Virus record (IMG/VR): IMGVR_UViG_3300025141_015211 | Location: 18,589 to 82,588 of that record | Direction: 5' to 3' (one strand) | DNA: 64,000 bases | Source: a virus | Shown: piece after piece, positions 50,224-60,086 of the stretch | Numbering within the stretch: the stretch's first letter is position 1 | How the letters are laid out: each line of letters begins with the position of its first letter | Notes under the pieces: model-generated | What the model saw: the letters and a program-made list of their open reading frames with translations, nothing else | What the model was told of the DNA's origin: nothing | Databases searched by the model: none | Program-made: the position numbers and the translations under genes

Positions 50224-51294
50224 TTAATCATTTTTTTTAATGTCTTCTCTTAGCTGTTTAAATTTTCTAATTAAACCTAGTTCATCACTAGATAAATTTG
50301 TTGGTGTCAAAACATGAATCTGAACATGAAGTGTACCTCTATGTCCAGAACCTGCACCGTTTAGCAAGCCTTTTTCTTTGAATTGAAACACACTGTGTGT
50401 TTGTGTACCTGGCGGGATTTTAACTGTAATTTTTTCATCTATACCGTCAAATTCAAGTTCATTACCTAAAATTGCAGCTTCAATCGGTATTTGCATAGCT
50501 GTATACAAATTAGATCCATCTCGGTCAAACCTGTCATTTTCTTGTAAAATAATTTGGGCGTATGCATCACCCGGTTCACCACAGTTAGGTGCAAAATGCC
50601 CTAAGCCCTGTAGTCTAATTTGATCGCCTTCCAAAACGCCGGCAGGAATATTAACAGTTACGTCTTTGATTTCAGGGCGTAGACCTTGACCAGAGCATAA
50701 ACTGCAAGGTGTAGTAATCACTTTACCAGCGCCGCCACATGTCCTACAATTTTGAACAACAGACATAAAACCAGTTTGAAATGCAACTTCCCCTGTGCCT
50801 TTGCATTGTTCACAGGTAGAGATATCACTTTCACTTTGATAACCTTTGCTATCACACGCATCACATGATAAGTTTCTCTGAAATGTTACTCTTTTTTTGC
50901 AGCCCCTCAAGGCTTCTCGAAAAGACACTTCAACGCCTATTCCAATATTACCGCCTGTTCGAGGTCTTGCACTTGCACTAGAAGACCGTTTTCTTCTACC
51001 TCCAAAAATATCAAAACCAAAACCTTGAAAAATATCAGAAAAAGAACTAAAAATATCTTCAGGCATACCTGAAAAGTCTGCAGTCCCGTACTTATCATAA
51101 TTACTTTTCTTCTCAGAATCAGACAAAACAGCATAAGCTTGAGAGATTTCTTTAAATTTCTTTTCTGCTTCTTCATCATCCGGGTTCTTGTCAGGATGAT
51201 ACTTCATTGCTAGCTTTCTGTAAGCTTTCTTTATTTCGCTATCTGATGAATTTTTAGATACACCTAATAACTCATAAAAATCATGTGATGCCAC
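50224..51294 (-). CDS. dnaJ: DnaJ chaperone
   Basis: J-domain HPD, G/F region, four CxxC repeats. Confidence 0.95.
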   Translation of the reverse strand: MASHDFYELLGVSKNSSDSEIKKAYRKLAMKYHPDKNPDDEEAEKKFKEISQAYAVLSDSEKKSNYDKYGTADFSGMPEDIFSSFSDIFQGFGFDIFGGRRKRSSSASARPRTGGNIGIGVEVSFREALRGCKKRVTFQRNLSCDACDSKGYQSESDISTCEQCKGTGEVAFQTGFMSVVQNCRTCGGAGKVITTPCSLCSGQGLRPEIKDVTVNIPAGVLEGDQIRLQGLGHFAPNCGEPGDAYAQIILQENDRFDRDGSNLYTAMQIPIEAAILGNELEFDGIDEKITVKIPPGTQTHSVFQFKEKGLLNGAGSGHRGTLHVQIHVLTPTNLSSDELGLIRKFKQLREDIKKND

Positions 51295-51309
51295 GTTTAC
51301 ACTCTAGTA

Positions 51310-51756
51310 TTATTCTATTTCTTTGTCGTAAGGTTCAAAAAGCAAGGTATCAGACTCAAAGCATCTGTCTAAATAATCTTCAAGTTGCTCGAATGTTGTA
51401 CAAACTTTAACACCACTTCTTGCAAGCATTAAGTTAAATTTTGCACCCTGGGGTAAACCTTGACAAAAGTATACGATGGGCACTTCATTCGCATATGCGT
51501 AACCGGCTTCCCAGATAGTTCCAATGTCCTTATCTCTTGTATTTACAATGAGAAAATCTGCTGTCTTGATATGGTGTAAGTTTCCATCAAATGTTGCATC
51601 TTGAGTCTCTTTAGGCGCATTTGGCGGACAGACAAAGATTCTTCGTGGTGATGCTAAGTCAATCCACGACCTGGTGTCACAAACCTCTTCAAGGCGAGTG
51701 AGTTCTTCTGCTTGTGTCGGGTTAAACCAGCCCGATGCTAGATAAATCTTTTTCAT
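51310..51756 (-). CDS. nucleoside 2-deoxyribosyltransferase / NMP glycosidase family
   Basis: IYLAS.WF, D.GT.WEAGYA, FNLML. Confidence 0.85.
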   Translation of the reverse strand: MKKIYLASGWFNPTQAEELTRLEEVCDTRSWIDLASPRRIFVCPPNAPKETQDATFDGNLHHIKTADFLIVNTRDKDIGTIWEAGYAYANEVPIVYFCQGLPQGAKFNLMLARSGVKVCTTFEQLEDYLDRCFESDTLLFEPYDKEIE

Positions 51757-51765
51757 GTTAATCTC

Positions 51766-52737
51766 CTAAAAGTTATTTTCGTATTCTGACTTAAGACCTT
51801 GAAATTCATTCATTAGATCCAGCCACATTGTTGTAAAAATCTTTTCACCCGTACCGTGCGTCCCATTTAATTCTTCACGACGACATGGGTAAATTGTGTC
51901 ATCTTCATGGTAGTCAAACGTATCATTCTTCGGCTCTGGTTGATAAAGGTTTGTACCTCTACTGATCCACTTGTCACCTTCCTTAACGCGAAAAGTATTA
52001 ATATAGTGATAATCAGGCTTGTCAAAGTTAAATACCTGCGTCAGCTCTGGAATAGCTTTACACGCTTCAATTGCCATTCGTGCAGCAAGAACATTATCAG
52101 CAGCTGGCTGAATCTGTGCATCTTGCCGCTGTCGGACAAATCCAATTAAATCTTTAAGATTAAGTCGCATATAATAAAAAGAAGTCATACACTTTGGTAG
52201 TATCATGCGTGAATCCATCATTGAGACAACTTTGGAGTCAGTCATGTCAGCATAAAGCTGCTTTGACTCAATAACTAGTCTAGTATACCTTTCTAGAAAC
52301 TCAGGTGAGTTCTGAACAGATTCTGGCACAACAACAGGATCATCTCTTAAGTCTCTGTCTCCCGTACATTGTGCAGCAAAAGACCCGGCTCTGTGCCTAA
52401 TAATATGAGTTACTTCCTGAAACGAAAGACCCGAAAGCCTAAATGTAAATCCTAGACATTCCATCGGGGTAGGCAATGCTCGAAACTGGAGCACATCAAG
52501 CAGATTCTTACTCTTTACACTGACGCTTGCGCTTGCAGGATTAACTTCATTTGGATCATCAGCCCATGTTGCCTTTACATAATGCCACGCAACATTTCTA
52601 GCCTGATCTGTTGTGGGCGCATCAACAAGCTCGACCTTAAGTGCTTTAAGGTTGTTAAGAAAAGTTGTATTAGGTTGTTGATCAAATTTAAGATCCATGG
52701 GCAAAGTGATAGGGTCTAAATTATTATTCAGTGGCAT
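51766..52737 (-). CDS. divergent flavin-dependent thymidylate synthase (ThyX-like)
   Basis: F.LSG.S...THIIRHRAGSF; DSRMILP; NLK.L..F...R; motif Ser replaced by Cys. Confidence 0.7.
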   Translation of the reverse strand: MPLNNNLDPITLPMDLKFDQQPNTTFLNNLKALKVELVDAPTTDQARNVAWHYVKATWADDPNEVNPASASVSVKSKNLLDVLQFRALPTPMECLGFTFRLSGLSFQEVTHIIRHRAGSFAAQCTGDRDLRDDPVVVPESVQNSPEFLERYTRLVIESKQLYADMTDSKVVSMMDSRMILPKCMTSFYYMRLNLKDLIGFVRQRQDAQIQPAADNVLAARMAIEACKAIPELTQVFNFDKPDYHYINTFRVKEGDKWISRGTNLYQPEPKNDTFDYHEDDTIYPCRREELNGTHGTGEKIFTTMWLDLMNEFQGLKSEYENNF

Positions 52738-52779
52738 GTTTATTAGTCTCTCTTTCGTGGGTAGGTGAATAACAGTATA

Positions 52780-53718
52780 TCATAAAGAAGAAATGTTTTT
52801 AATACAAGAAATTAATTCTTTAGCATTTTTATACATTGTTACATTTTCAAGATCAGAAAGTTCTGTGTTGTAAGATTTGCAAGGTACACATGTCTTTACA
52901 CTGTGTTTAGCATACTCTGCTGAATGTTTTGCAGAGTCATCAATAGCACACACAATTTTCTCATTAGTGTAGTAATCAGTTTTTGTCAACCATCGGTATT
53001 TTTCAGGACTGAAGTCTACACGATGATATTTTAGGCCTGATTTTTTAAGCCATTGAAAAGTATCATATTTACATACAAGTGAATCATCTGGTCTTGCTGT
53101 AAGAATTTGTATCCAGTAACCCTCATCATGTAATTTATTTACAGCTTCAATAATTTCTTTATCTGGTTTGATATTTCTTAATTGTCGATTTGCAACAAAT
53201 TCTTCAAATACAGCCTCAGGGTTTAGCCCTGCTTCTTTTACCTCTGCTGTTGTATAATATTCTGTTGAATTTATATCTGCATCGATATCATGTGTGAGTT
53301 TAAGCCAATTTATAAATGTTTCCCTAAACTCACAAATTACATCATCTAAATCAAATATTAACACTGGTTGACCAGTCCACTTTACAGACTCCATCTGATG
53401 TCTGGTGTGTAAAAATAAATCTTTATCATCAAATGCAGAGATGAACTGTTCTGATCTTACATCCCAAAGATTTAGTATTGCAAGGAGGTAGCGAAATACG
53501 TCAATTGACTCGTACAGTATCTTCTCTTTATCTATTTGAGAACGAGACTGACGGTGATCTTTAAAATTAATTGCACTAATTAACTCAGAAACTTCTGTGT
53601 GCAACGCTAACGTCAAAGATTTAGTGATTTCTTCTTTTTCCAAATCTGCCAGATCGCCTGAATCAAAAAATAGTTTATTAAAATCACTCTGACATCTAAA
53701 CATGTCTTCAAGCGTCAT
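52780..53718 (-). CDS. MazG/dimeric dUTPase-like domain fused to a HAD 5'(3')-deoxyribonucleotidase
   Basis: EVSEL...ESID; FDLDDVI, ILTAR, IDD. Confidence 0.78.
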   Translation of the reverse strand: MTLEDMFRCQSDFNKLFFDSGDLADLEKEEITKSLTLALHTEVSELISAINFKDHRQSRSQIDKEKILYESIDVFRYLLAILNLWDVRSEQFISAFDDKDLFLHTRHQMESVKWTGQPVLIFDLDDVICEFRETFINWLKLTHDIDADINSTEYYTTAEVKEAGLNPEAVFEEFVANRQLRNIKPDKEIIEAVNKLHDEGYWIQILTARPDDSLVCKYDTFQWLKKSGLKYHRVDFSPEKYRWLTKTDYYTNEKIVCAIDDSAKHSAEYAKHSVKTCVPCKSYNTELSDLENVTMYKNAKELISCIKNISSL

Positions 53719-53941
53719 CTTTACTCTCAGGTAAATAATTCATAGCAGCTAAAACCTTAGCAAGATCGTGTCCGCCTACATGAAGCGATGCTTTGTTTCC
53801 TGGTGAAAAAATTTGCGCATGATACCGCTTAACGTCTAAAACGCTCAATGCTTTCTGCGTTTTTTTGTCAAACTTTTTAGGGATTTCAATTTCAAGATGT
53901 GAAAACACTAATTTGTATGTGTCATCAGTAGCCATTATCAA
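53708..53941 (-). CDS. hypothetical protein
   Basis: 77 aa ORF in operon. Confidence 0.5.
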   Translation of the reverse strand: MIMATDDTYKLVFSHLEIEIPKKFDKKTQKALSVLDVKRYHAQIFSPGNKASLHVGGHDLAKVLAAMNYLPESKDDA

Positions 53942-54299
53942 TTCTCTCCCGTATTACAAAATCCTTATCTTCATAAGCTTGAAATAGATCGTCTGCAGAA
54001 AATCCAGTTAATACTAAAACTGACAAAAAATAATTGAAAGCATCGACAACTTCTTCAAGAAATAAATCTGTATTAAATTCACTTACCTCTGTCATCCGAT
54101 GGGGCTTCCAATTCTTAAGATGTTGTAAAGCTTCAAACATCTCTTCGACGCCTCGCAGTGCCATGTCTCTAACATGCTGCTGAGAACTTTTATCAAGTAG
54201 GTCTATGGGCCAAGTCGGAGAAGCACCTTCTGGGTTTGCCTCCTTAAGCCTTAGCATAAAAGACTCTCTCAACTCAAACATTTTATCAAGCTTATCCAT
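53925..54299 (-). CDS. dimeric dUTPase/dCTPase (all-alpha NTP-PPase)
   Basis: EEMFEA...NWKPH...EEVVD; ends RI..GY. Confidence 0.8.
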   Translation of the reverse strand: MDKLDKMFELRESFMLRLKEANPEGASPTWPIDLLDKSSQQHVRDMALRGVEEMFEALQHLKNWKPHRMTEVSEFNTDLFLEEVVDAFNYFLSVLVLTGFSADDLFQAYEDKDFVIRERIDNGY

Positions 54300-54300
54300 T

Positions 54301-54549
54301 TCAGCCCTGCAGGTTAAAGTTTTCCTTATAGCTTTGAACTTCAGCCATCATCTTTTCAACATTGCTGTCGCTATTTTCCTTGTACTCTGACTCAAGCTTT
54401 AGTGCTTCTAAACCTTCACCAAGCGGTGTTAGTCGAATCATACGAAGATTATCAACAATGTCTGTACCCGTAAGAATTGCGAGTTGTAAAAGTTGTGCTA
54501 CATGAGCAATAACATCATCAGACAGTGTGTAACTAGTTTGATTGTCCAT
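54301..54549 (-). CDS. hypothetical protein
   Basis: 82 aa; AGGAG RBS. Confidence 0.7.
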   Translation of the reverse strand: MDNQTSYTLSDDVIAHVAQLLQLAILTGTDIVDNLRMIRLTPLGEGLEALKLESEYKENSDSNVEKMMAEVQSYKENFNLQG

Positions 54550-54716
54550 TTTTTTCTCCTATTTTTGTATAGTATTTCTGATTATATACAGTACTCTATT
54601 ATCTGTATTTTCATTCTTAAACATCATATTAATCAATTCTTTCGTGGAAACCTTTTTTGACACAAAACACCTTGATATTTAAAGTTATAATATACTATAA
54701 GGATAAGTTTGTTCAA

Positions 54717-55379
54717 ATGAAAAGAGTCATCATCTCTGATACACACATCGGTACTAAATTTTATAAGAGCGATAAACTCTTAAAGTTTCTACAAACTGAA
54801 GAGTATGATGAGCTTGTCCTTGCTGGCGACATAATTGACTTTATTAAGATTCCCGTCTTTACAGAACGATGTATGGAGATTATAAATGCCATTGACTACG
54901 AGAACAAGAGTATAATCTACGTCGTGGGAAATCATGACGAGAGTTTATTAGGGCTCATTGGGAAGAGTTTCTTTAATGTCACGTTTTTAAAGCGTTACGA
55001 CTTTGAAGAAGACGGTAGAAAATTTAGAATTGAGCATGGTGATGCCTATGACAAAGGTCGAATACACAACAAGCTGTTTGTGAAATTTCTTTCTGTCCTG
55101 CAAAATGTATTAGAGTTTTCGTTTAGCTTTGACTTTACAAGCTGGTGGACAGAGATACAGATCAAGAAACACAAGCTGAGATCTATTATCGATATCCTAA
55201 GGCACAACCCACGTATAGATGTGTTTATTATGGGTCACACACACATTCCAGAAGCGCTTATCTGGGTTAATGAAGACCAACATATAAAGACCTACATCAA
55301 CTCAGGAGACTGGGTCACACATCAAACCTATGTGACAGTTACTAATGGCGTAGCCAGGCTGTGTAAATTTGAAGACTAA
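54717..55379 (+). CDS. calcineurin-like metallophosphoesterase (LpxH-like)
   Basis: SDTHIG, GDIID, GNHD, HGD, GHTH, NSGDW. Confidence 0.88.
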   Translation: MKRVIISDTHIGTKFYKSDKLLKFLQTEEYDELVLAGDIIDFIKIPVFTERCMEIINAIDYENKSIIYVVGNHDESLLGLIGKSFFNVTFLKRYDFEEDGRKFRIEHGDAYDKGRIHNKLFVKFLSVLQNVLEFSFSFDFTSWWTEIQIKKHKLRSIIDILRHNPRIDVFIMGHTHIPEALIWVNEDQHIKTYINSGDWVTHQTYVTVTNGVARLCKFED

Positions 55380-55739
55380 CTACTTGGTCTTCTTATTAAA
55401 AAGCTGCTGGGCATAAATGATCTGCTTGTCATCTTGACAGTACACAAATTGATCAGCAGACTTAACATCATACCCAGCCCAGTAAAACCGATTGTAAGCT
55501 ACATAACTATTGTCTGTTACAGTGTTCTGCTCAAACGTGCTCACGCAGGCAAAAGCATTGATCTGATCTCCGTGCCCTTGTCGAAAGATAGTTTCACATC
55601 CTGATGTTCGCAACTCATCGAGCAGTTTATTAATACATGTGCTCTTATAATCTCTAGCAGCTTCAACAAATTCACGTGATGTTGAACCCTCAGCAGAGAC
55701 TGTGTAAAGCAAACCTAACATACAAAACAAGTTCTTCAT
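55380..55739 (-). CDS. secreted Cys-containing protein
   Basis: signal peptide; STCI..L...L..SGCE similar to 5329 and 18779. Confidence 0.65.
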   Translation of the reverse strand: MKNLFCMLGLLYTVSAEGSTSREFVEAARDYKSTCINKLLDELRTSGCETIFRQGHGDQINAFACVSTFEQNTVTDNSYVAYNRFYWAGYDVKSADQFVYCQDDKQIIYAQQLFNKKTK

Positions 55740-55758
55740 TCCTGCTCCTAATGTTTAT

Positions 55759-55788
55759 ATTATACTACGCTTCACGCGTATTTACACG
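55759..55788 (-). promoter_or_regulatory. promoter CGTGTAA-N17-TATAAT
   Basis: GTGTAA 55787-55782, TATAAT 55764-55759. Confidence 0.7.
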
Positions 55789-55790
55789 CG

Positions 55791-56930
55791 CTACTGGCCT
55801 GTGTTGAACAAGACAAACTCTTTTATATACTCTGCAGCTTTTGGATCTTTCTTCATCATATCATGCAATCTGCTTGCGCCATCCAGCATGCTGTCGGCAG
55901 CGCCGGTGGCGTCCATGTGGAGCCTGGAAAAAGCTTTTAATTTTTGACTAATCTTAGCAGGCGTACTTTTGTCAGTGATAAACTTGCTAAGTACGTTTCC
56001 TGAAATTAGCTTACGCCCGCCGGCTGTGTCTGTGGCGCCTTGATTCATAAATTCTTCATCGTCACTGAAATACGGGTCAGACGCATCCTGCTCATTGAGT
56101 TTCTGAATGATTACCTCGGCCGATGGCCCTCGCTTCTTGACTTGCTTAAGCAATTTTATCAACACTCTCTGCTGCTTGTTTTTAGTTCTAGCTTTTTTTC
56201 TATCTGAGTCGGAGCCATAAGACACAAACTGTTTCTTTACTCGGTCTTCCAGATATTCTAGGTGGGTGAGGGCATCACTGATCTCATCGGGTGTGTGACC
56301 GCCTGACATTGCCTGAGTGAGCATGTTTGCTAACTCTGTTCTCGCGTTATAGTCAAGATCTTTTACTAATCTGTGAGCTATTACTAACGCTTCGTCAACA
56401 AAATCGTCGCCAGTTTCGGGTAAAAATCTTCTACTAACTGCTTTCAAGCCTTTCAAGTTTGTTGGCATCTCATCTAACATACCTAAATCACCTGCAAATC
56501 TTGCGCCCGCCCTTATGAATAATGGTCCGCCGGGCAAGCTGTTGTATTTAGAAATAAATGGCCCGAGTGACTTGCCATACACAGCTGTATCATAAAACTG
56601 AAGCATCTTTATAGCTCTGTCTTCTAGCGTCTCAGCTTGTCCTTCAACTTCTGGCTTGGATGGGGCTAAATCTTTCAAGTCCACAGTTTTTTCTTTGTCA
56701 CCCTGAATTAACTTGTTAAGCAACGCAGTGTTTCCTTTTGATGTTCCTATAGTCTTAGGATCCAAACCGAGTTGTTGCGCAAGACGGCGCCTAGCCTTTA
56801 GTGAGGGAAGGCTCATCCCTTTACTATCGTACCAAGCAGATAGTGTCTTAGGCTCGGGGGCTTCAGCTAATCTCTCAAGCTCTTCTCTAATGATTCTTTT
56901 TAAAGATGACTCTGTAATCTTCACGGTCAC
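55791..56930 (-). CDS. putative virion protein with DUF3597-like segment
   Basis: KITESSLKRIIREELERLAE leader; SL.ARRRLAQQLG....GT..GN.ALL. Confidence 0.7.
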   Translation of the reverse strand: MTVKITESSLKRIIREELERLAEAPEPKTLSAWYDSKGMSLPSLKARRRLAQQLGLDPKTIGTSKGNTALLNKLIQGDKEKTVDLKDLAPSKPEVEGQAETLEDRAIKMLQFYDTAVYGKSLGPFISKYNSLPGGPLFIRAGARFAGDLGMLDEMPTNLKGLKAVSRRFLPETGDDFVDEALVIAHRLVKDLDYNARTELANMLTQAMSGGHTPDEISDALTHLEYLEDRVKKQFVSYGSDSDRKKARTKNKQQRVLIKLLKQVKKRGPSAEVIIQKLNEQDASDPYFSDDEEFMNQGATDTAGGRKLISGNVLSKFITDKSTPAKISQKLKAFSRLHMDATGAADSMLDGASRLHDMMKKDPKAAEYIKEFVLFNTGQ

Positions 56931-56991
56931 TCCTACACGCTATTAAATATACGCAGCAACAGCTAATATTTATCTACTTACTTTGATATAT

Positions 56992-57633
56992 TCAGTAGCT
57001 TACATGGAGTTTTTGAGCAGTTTCTTTATATGACTCGTGAAACTTAAAAGCAATCTTTTCTGAGTTGCCGGGAGAAAAAGCGTCATCAAGTGGATTACAA
57101 GCTGTCTGCCAGACATGCGACACCTCATGTGCAAGTGCCAGTTCACGCCACCAGCCATCAGTCTCATAATTGACACGTTTTGAGAGCTTAACCATGTCAT
57201 CGTAACAGTATGCAATTGCAAAGTCCCAATCTGATCGCTCCCAGTTGCTGCCTCTCTTCTCAGAAGCTGTGAGGCCAACAAGAACCCTGACATCGTCGAT
57301 TGGGTAGTCCTTAAGTTCACCTACACTGTAACTTTCATTAATAGTTGAACAAGGGACGTGGAACACCTCAAAACTGTGAATTCTATCAACACACTCCTCA
57401 AGGCCTCGTTCTGACACATCTGCCATGAAAGCCCGTGAAGCAAGTTGCACATGCTGCATATCTGACTTAGGTGTGTGTGTCAAACCGTTGAACTTCACCT
57501 TGACTGTATGTTTACCAATGTCAATAGATGTCGTCTCAGACCATGACGTCTCTTTTGACCAGCTTTCAACACTGATATCATATTCTGAAGGTTCTGTGCA
57601 CGCGAAAAGAAAAAATGGTAACATCTTAATCAT
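56992..57633 (-). CDS. lipoprotein with HExxH metallopeptidase motif
   Basis: LFAC lipobox; LAHEVSH...SE; start moved to the ATG downstream of the promoter. Confidence 0.65.
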   Translation of the reverse strand: MIKMLPFFLFACTEPSEYDISVESWSKETSWSETTSIDIGKHTVKVKFNGLTHTPKSDMQHVQLASRAFMADVSERGLEECVDRIHSFEVFHVPCSTINESYSVGELKDYPIDDVRVLVGLTASEKRGSNWERSDWDFAIAYCYDDMVKLSKRVNYETDGWWRELALAHEVSHVWQTACNPLDDAFSPGNSEKIAFKFHESYKETAQKLHVSY

Positions 57634-57639
57634 GTTACC

Positions 57640-57669
57640 ATTATACCACACTCTTTATGCGATTACACG
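57640..57669 (-). promoter_or_regulatory. promoter CGTGTAA-N17-TATAAT (leaderless)
   Basis: GTGTAA 57668-57663, TATAAT 57645-57640, ATG 6 nt downstream. Confidence 0.7.
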
Positions 57670-57695
57670 AAATGTGGAGCTAAAATAGATTTAAA

Positions 57696-57974
57696 TTAGA
57701 GGCCGACTGCTTTCTTTTGAGCAGAAGTGACGTCCATGCTGTATGCATTAACCACACTCTTAACATTTTTTGCGCTAGCGTTTCCTGTATCAATCAACAT
57801 CTGAACCATTGCAGAGCCTTGACTCGATAATGTACCTGCACCTTTATTGTCTGAAACAATACCTTTGAGTCCCTGTTCTCTTGTCAAAGGCTTTTCTTTT
57901 TCTTCTTCCTCGTTAATTAAACGGCTGTATTCTTCTCTAATAATCTGGCGAAGTGTTGAATCTTTGATTTTCAT
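57696..57974 (-). CDS. small putative virion protein
   Basis: MKIKDSTLRQIIREEYSRLINE; ATAATTA at 58014-58020. Confidence 0.75.
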   Translation of the reverse strand: MKIKDSTLRQIIREEYSRLINEEEEKEKPLTREQGLKGIVSDNKGAGTLSSQGSAMVQMLIDTGNASAKNVKSVVNAYSMDVTSAQKKAVGL

Positions 57975-58060
57975 TGCGTTTTCTCCATGCTAAACGTGTG
58001 TACGCATCAAAACTAATTATGACATTGCAACCACTTTTTCACCAGATTATGTCTGTTATT

Positions 58061-58495
58061 TTAATATCTACCAAAGTTTTCCTTAAGAAAGTCATGGTAG
58101 TTGTTTAAAGCACTGTCCTTTGGATCAATATTTTGCCAGTCACCCAGACAAAACATCCTATACGCATCAGAACCATACTTTCCGATCCCATAGAGTGTTT
58201 CTGGATGATCTTGCCAGTCTTTTTGCAGGTAATCCTTAGACATTCTAACAAGTGTCTTAGACCGCCTTCTAGACAACCCCAAAGGTTGAATTATGCTTTC
58301 TATCTCTTCTGGGTTTGCATTTGACATTGATTCTGGTCCTGGCCATCGTTTTATACACTCCCAGAAGTATGGTTCTGCCTGCACACGTTTTGTTAGATTA
58401 CAAAATATGCATACAACAAAGATCTTCCACGGATCTTCCCAAAGTTGTTCTTGTATGAGGTTGTATGGAGACTTAGGGGGAATCCACTTTGACAT
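58061..58495 (-). CDS. MBD4-like HhH-GPD DNA glycosylase
   Basis: WIPPKSPYNLIQE.L..DPWK, PLGL, LYGIGKYG.D.Y..F, DSALN. Confidence 0.85.
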   Translation of the reverse strand: MSKWIPPKSPYNLIQEQLWEDPWKIFVVCIFCNLTKRVQAEPYFWECIKRWPGPESMSNANPEEIESIIQPLGLSRRRSKTLVRMSKDYLQKDWQDHPETLYGIGKYGSDAYRMFCLGDWQNIDPKDSALNNYHDFLKENFGRY

Positions 58496-58706
58496 TTTTT
58501 ACTCTGCCTTTTCTCGTATATATAAGGACGTTAGAATGTTTGTCATCGGGCTCTTTGTAGTCATCTAATAATTTTTGGACTCTTCTATTTGTGCGCTTCA
58601 TTTGTGATTCTGCCTGCAAAATAATTGCAGATAAAAAGAGGACAAAGACAATTAGCGCTGATGTGGTTACAAGTATAATCGATTGATACAACTCATTCAT
58701 CGTCAT
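58473..58706 (-). CDS. single-TM protein
   Basis: N-terminal hydrophobic helix. Confidence 0.55.
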   Translation of the reverse strand: MTMNELYQSIILVTTSALIVFVLFLSAIILQAESQMKRTNRRVQKLLDDYKEPDDKHSNVLIYTRKGRVKNVKVDSP

Positions 58707-59049
58707 CTAACAGAGGGCCGTCGACGTCTTCATTGAGCTCATCATCAGGTTCCATTGTTAATATCTCATAAGCAACTTCGATACCCTGTAATTTTCCTGC
58801 CAATACACCCAGTGTATGCGTGTGTTTTTGTACTTCCTGATCTGCATACTTTTTTATTTCTTGCATCCCGTTTGTCATCACTTCAAGTCGTGCTTCATTT
58901 GTCTCTTGCGCTTTTGCAGTTGACACAGTTTGAAATATGAATTCATTCAAAAGTCTGTATGATTGTTGTAGCGTTTCTAATCTTAGTCTTGCTTTATTTA
59001 ATTCTTGAGCGACATCTTGCCGCATTACATCAAGTGCTGCTTGCGTCAT
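58693..59049 (-). CDS. coiled-coil protein
   Basis: 118 aa; weak similarity to 61449..61946. Confidence 0.65.
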   Translation of the reverse strand: MTQAALDVMRQDVAQELNKARLRLETLQQSYRLLNEFIFQTVSTAKAQETNEARLEVMTNGMQEIKKYADQEVQKHTHTLGVLAGKLQGIEVAYEILTMEPDDELNEDVDGPLLDDDE

Positions 59050-59098
59050 ATTCTTTTCCTTAATTTTGTTATAATAATACGTTGCCTCAACAAAGTTT

Positions 59099-59839
59099 TC
59101 AATTATCTTCGCCTAATTTTCTAGCCCAAGACAAAGATTTACCTGGATTACCGTTTTTCTTTCTAGACTTTTTTACTGCAGATAAATTTGATGTCCATCC
59201 CCGTTCTTTCATAAAGGCTCTCAAGATTTTTTTCTTCTCAACGTCGCTAGACTGTGCATACACAATATACATGCTTTTTTTCAATACTATTATTTTTTGT
59301 GAAAACTCTAGAATTTTTTGATCAATTATGTCAAGCCACTCAGGCTTGTAATTATCTAATATAATATTGAGCTCATCCATAACAAGTAACAAGCTTGAAT
59401 AATCTCCAGCCTGATAGTCTTCAGTTATTTTTTCAAACTTCTTGATAAGGTAATCTTTTTCTTCATCAGGTATACTCTTAGATAATTTATCAGGATGCAG
59501 CTTCATTGCAATTTTTCTATAAAGCTTTTTTATTTGTGCGTCATGACTCTTTTTGAAAGCAGACTTAACCTGTTCGTTATTTTTAGATTTTGATTGTTCT
59601 TGCGTTTCTTGATGCGCACTGTTCTGTGTATCACTTTTTTTAGTACTGCTCTTCTCACTTGTTGCTTTAAACGGGTCATCAAGCGCGGCATCATAAACGT
59701 TCATCTTAGCGTGAACCTCACGCAAGTCTGCCATGAACGCATCTTTTCCCTGCTTATCTAGTTCTTCATACTCTAAGAACTCTTGTTCAAGATAACGAAA
59801 CTTGTAAAGCTTTTTCTTAAAACCTGTCTTTAGGTTCAT
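59099..59839 (-). CDS. J-domain protein
   Basis: IKKLYRKIAMKLHPDK. Confidence 0.8.
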   Translation of the reverse strand: MNLKTGFKKKLYKFRYLEQEFLEYEELDKQGKDAFMADLREVHAKMNVYDAALDDPFKATSEKSSTKKSDTQNSAHQETQEQSKSKNNEQVKSAFKKSHDAQIKKLYRKIAMKLHPDKLSKSIPDEEKDYLIKKFEKITEDYQAGDYSSLLLVMDELNIILDNYKPEWLDIIDQKILEFSQKIIVLKKSMYIVYAQSSDVEKKKILRAFMKERGWTSNLSAVKKSRKKNGNPGKSLSWARKLGEDN

Positions 59840-60086
59840 TTTCTTGTAATTCGTAGTGCTCTTTTACAACATCATGCAAATCTTTTGCTAACTTAATAGG
59901 CCACACAGGTGTAAACTTGAGGCAAGAAATATGATACTTTCGACACTTAGTCATTGCAAGCTTAACATCTCGAGACCTTGAAGACAAATTAATAACTTGA
60001 GTTCTTTTCAAACAAAGAACATGATAGCCAAAGTATAAAAGCAGAAGGAGTATGTACAGTGCTGTAGCTAAATTAATAAACGCCAT
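59817..60086 (-). CDS. single-TM protein
   Basis: N-terminal hydrophobic helix. Confidence 0.5.
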   Translation of the reverse strand: MAFINLATALYILLLLLYFGYHVLCLKRTQVINLSSRSRDVKLAMTKCRKYHISCLKFTPVWPIKLAKDLHDVVKEHYELQENEPKDRF

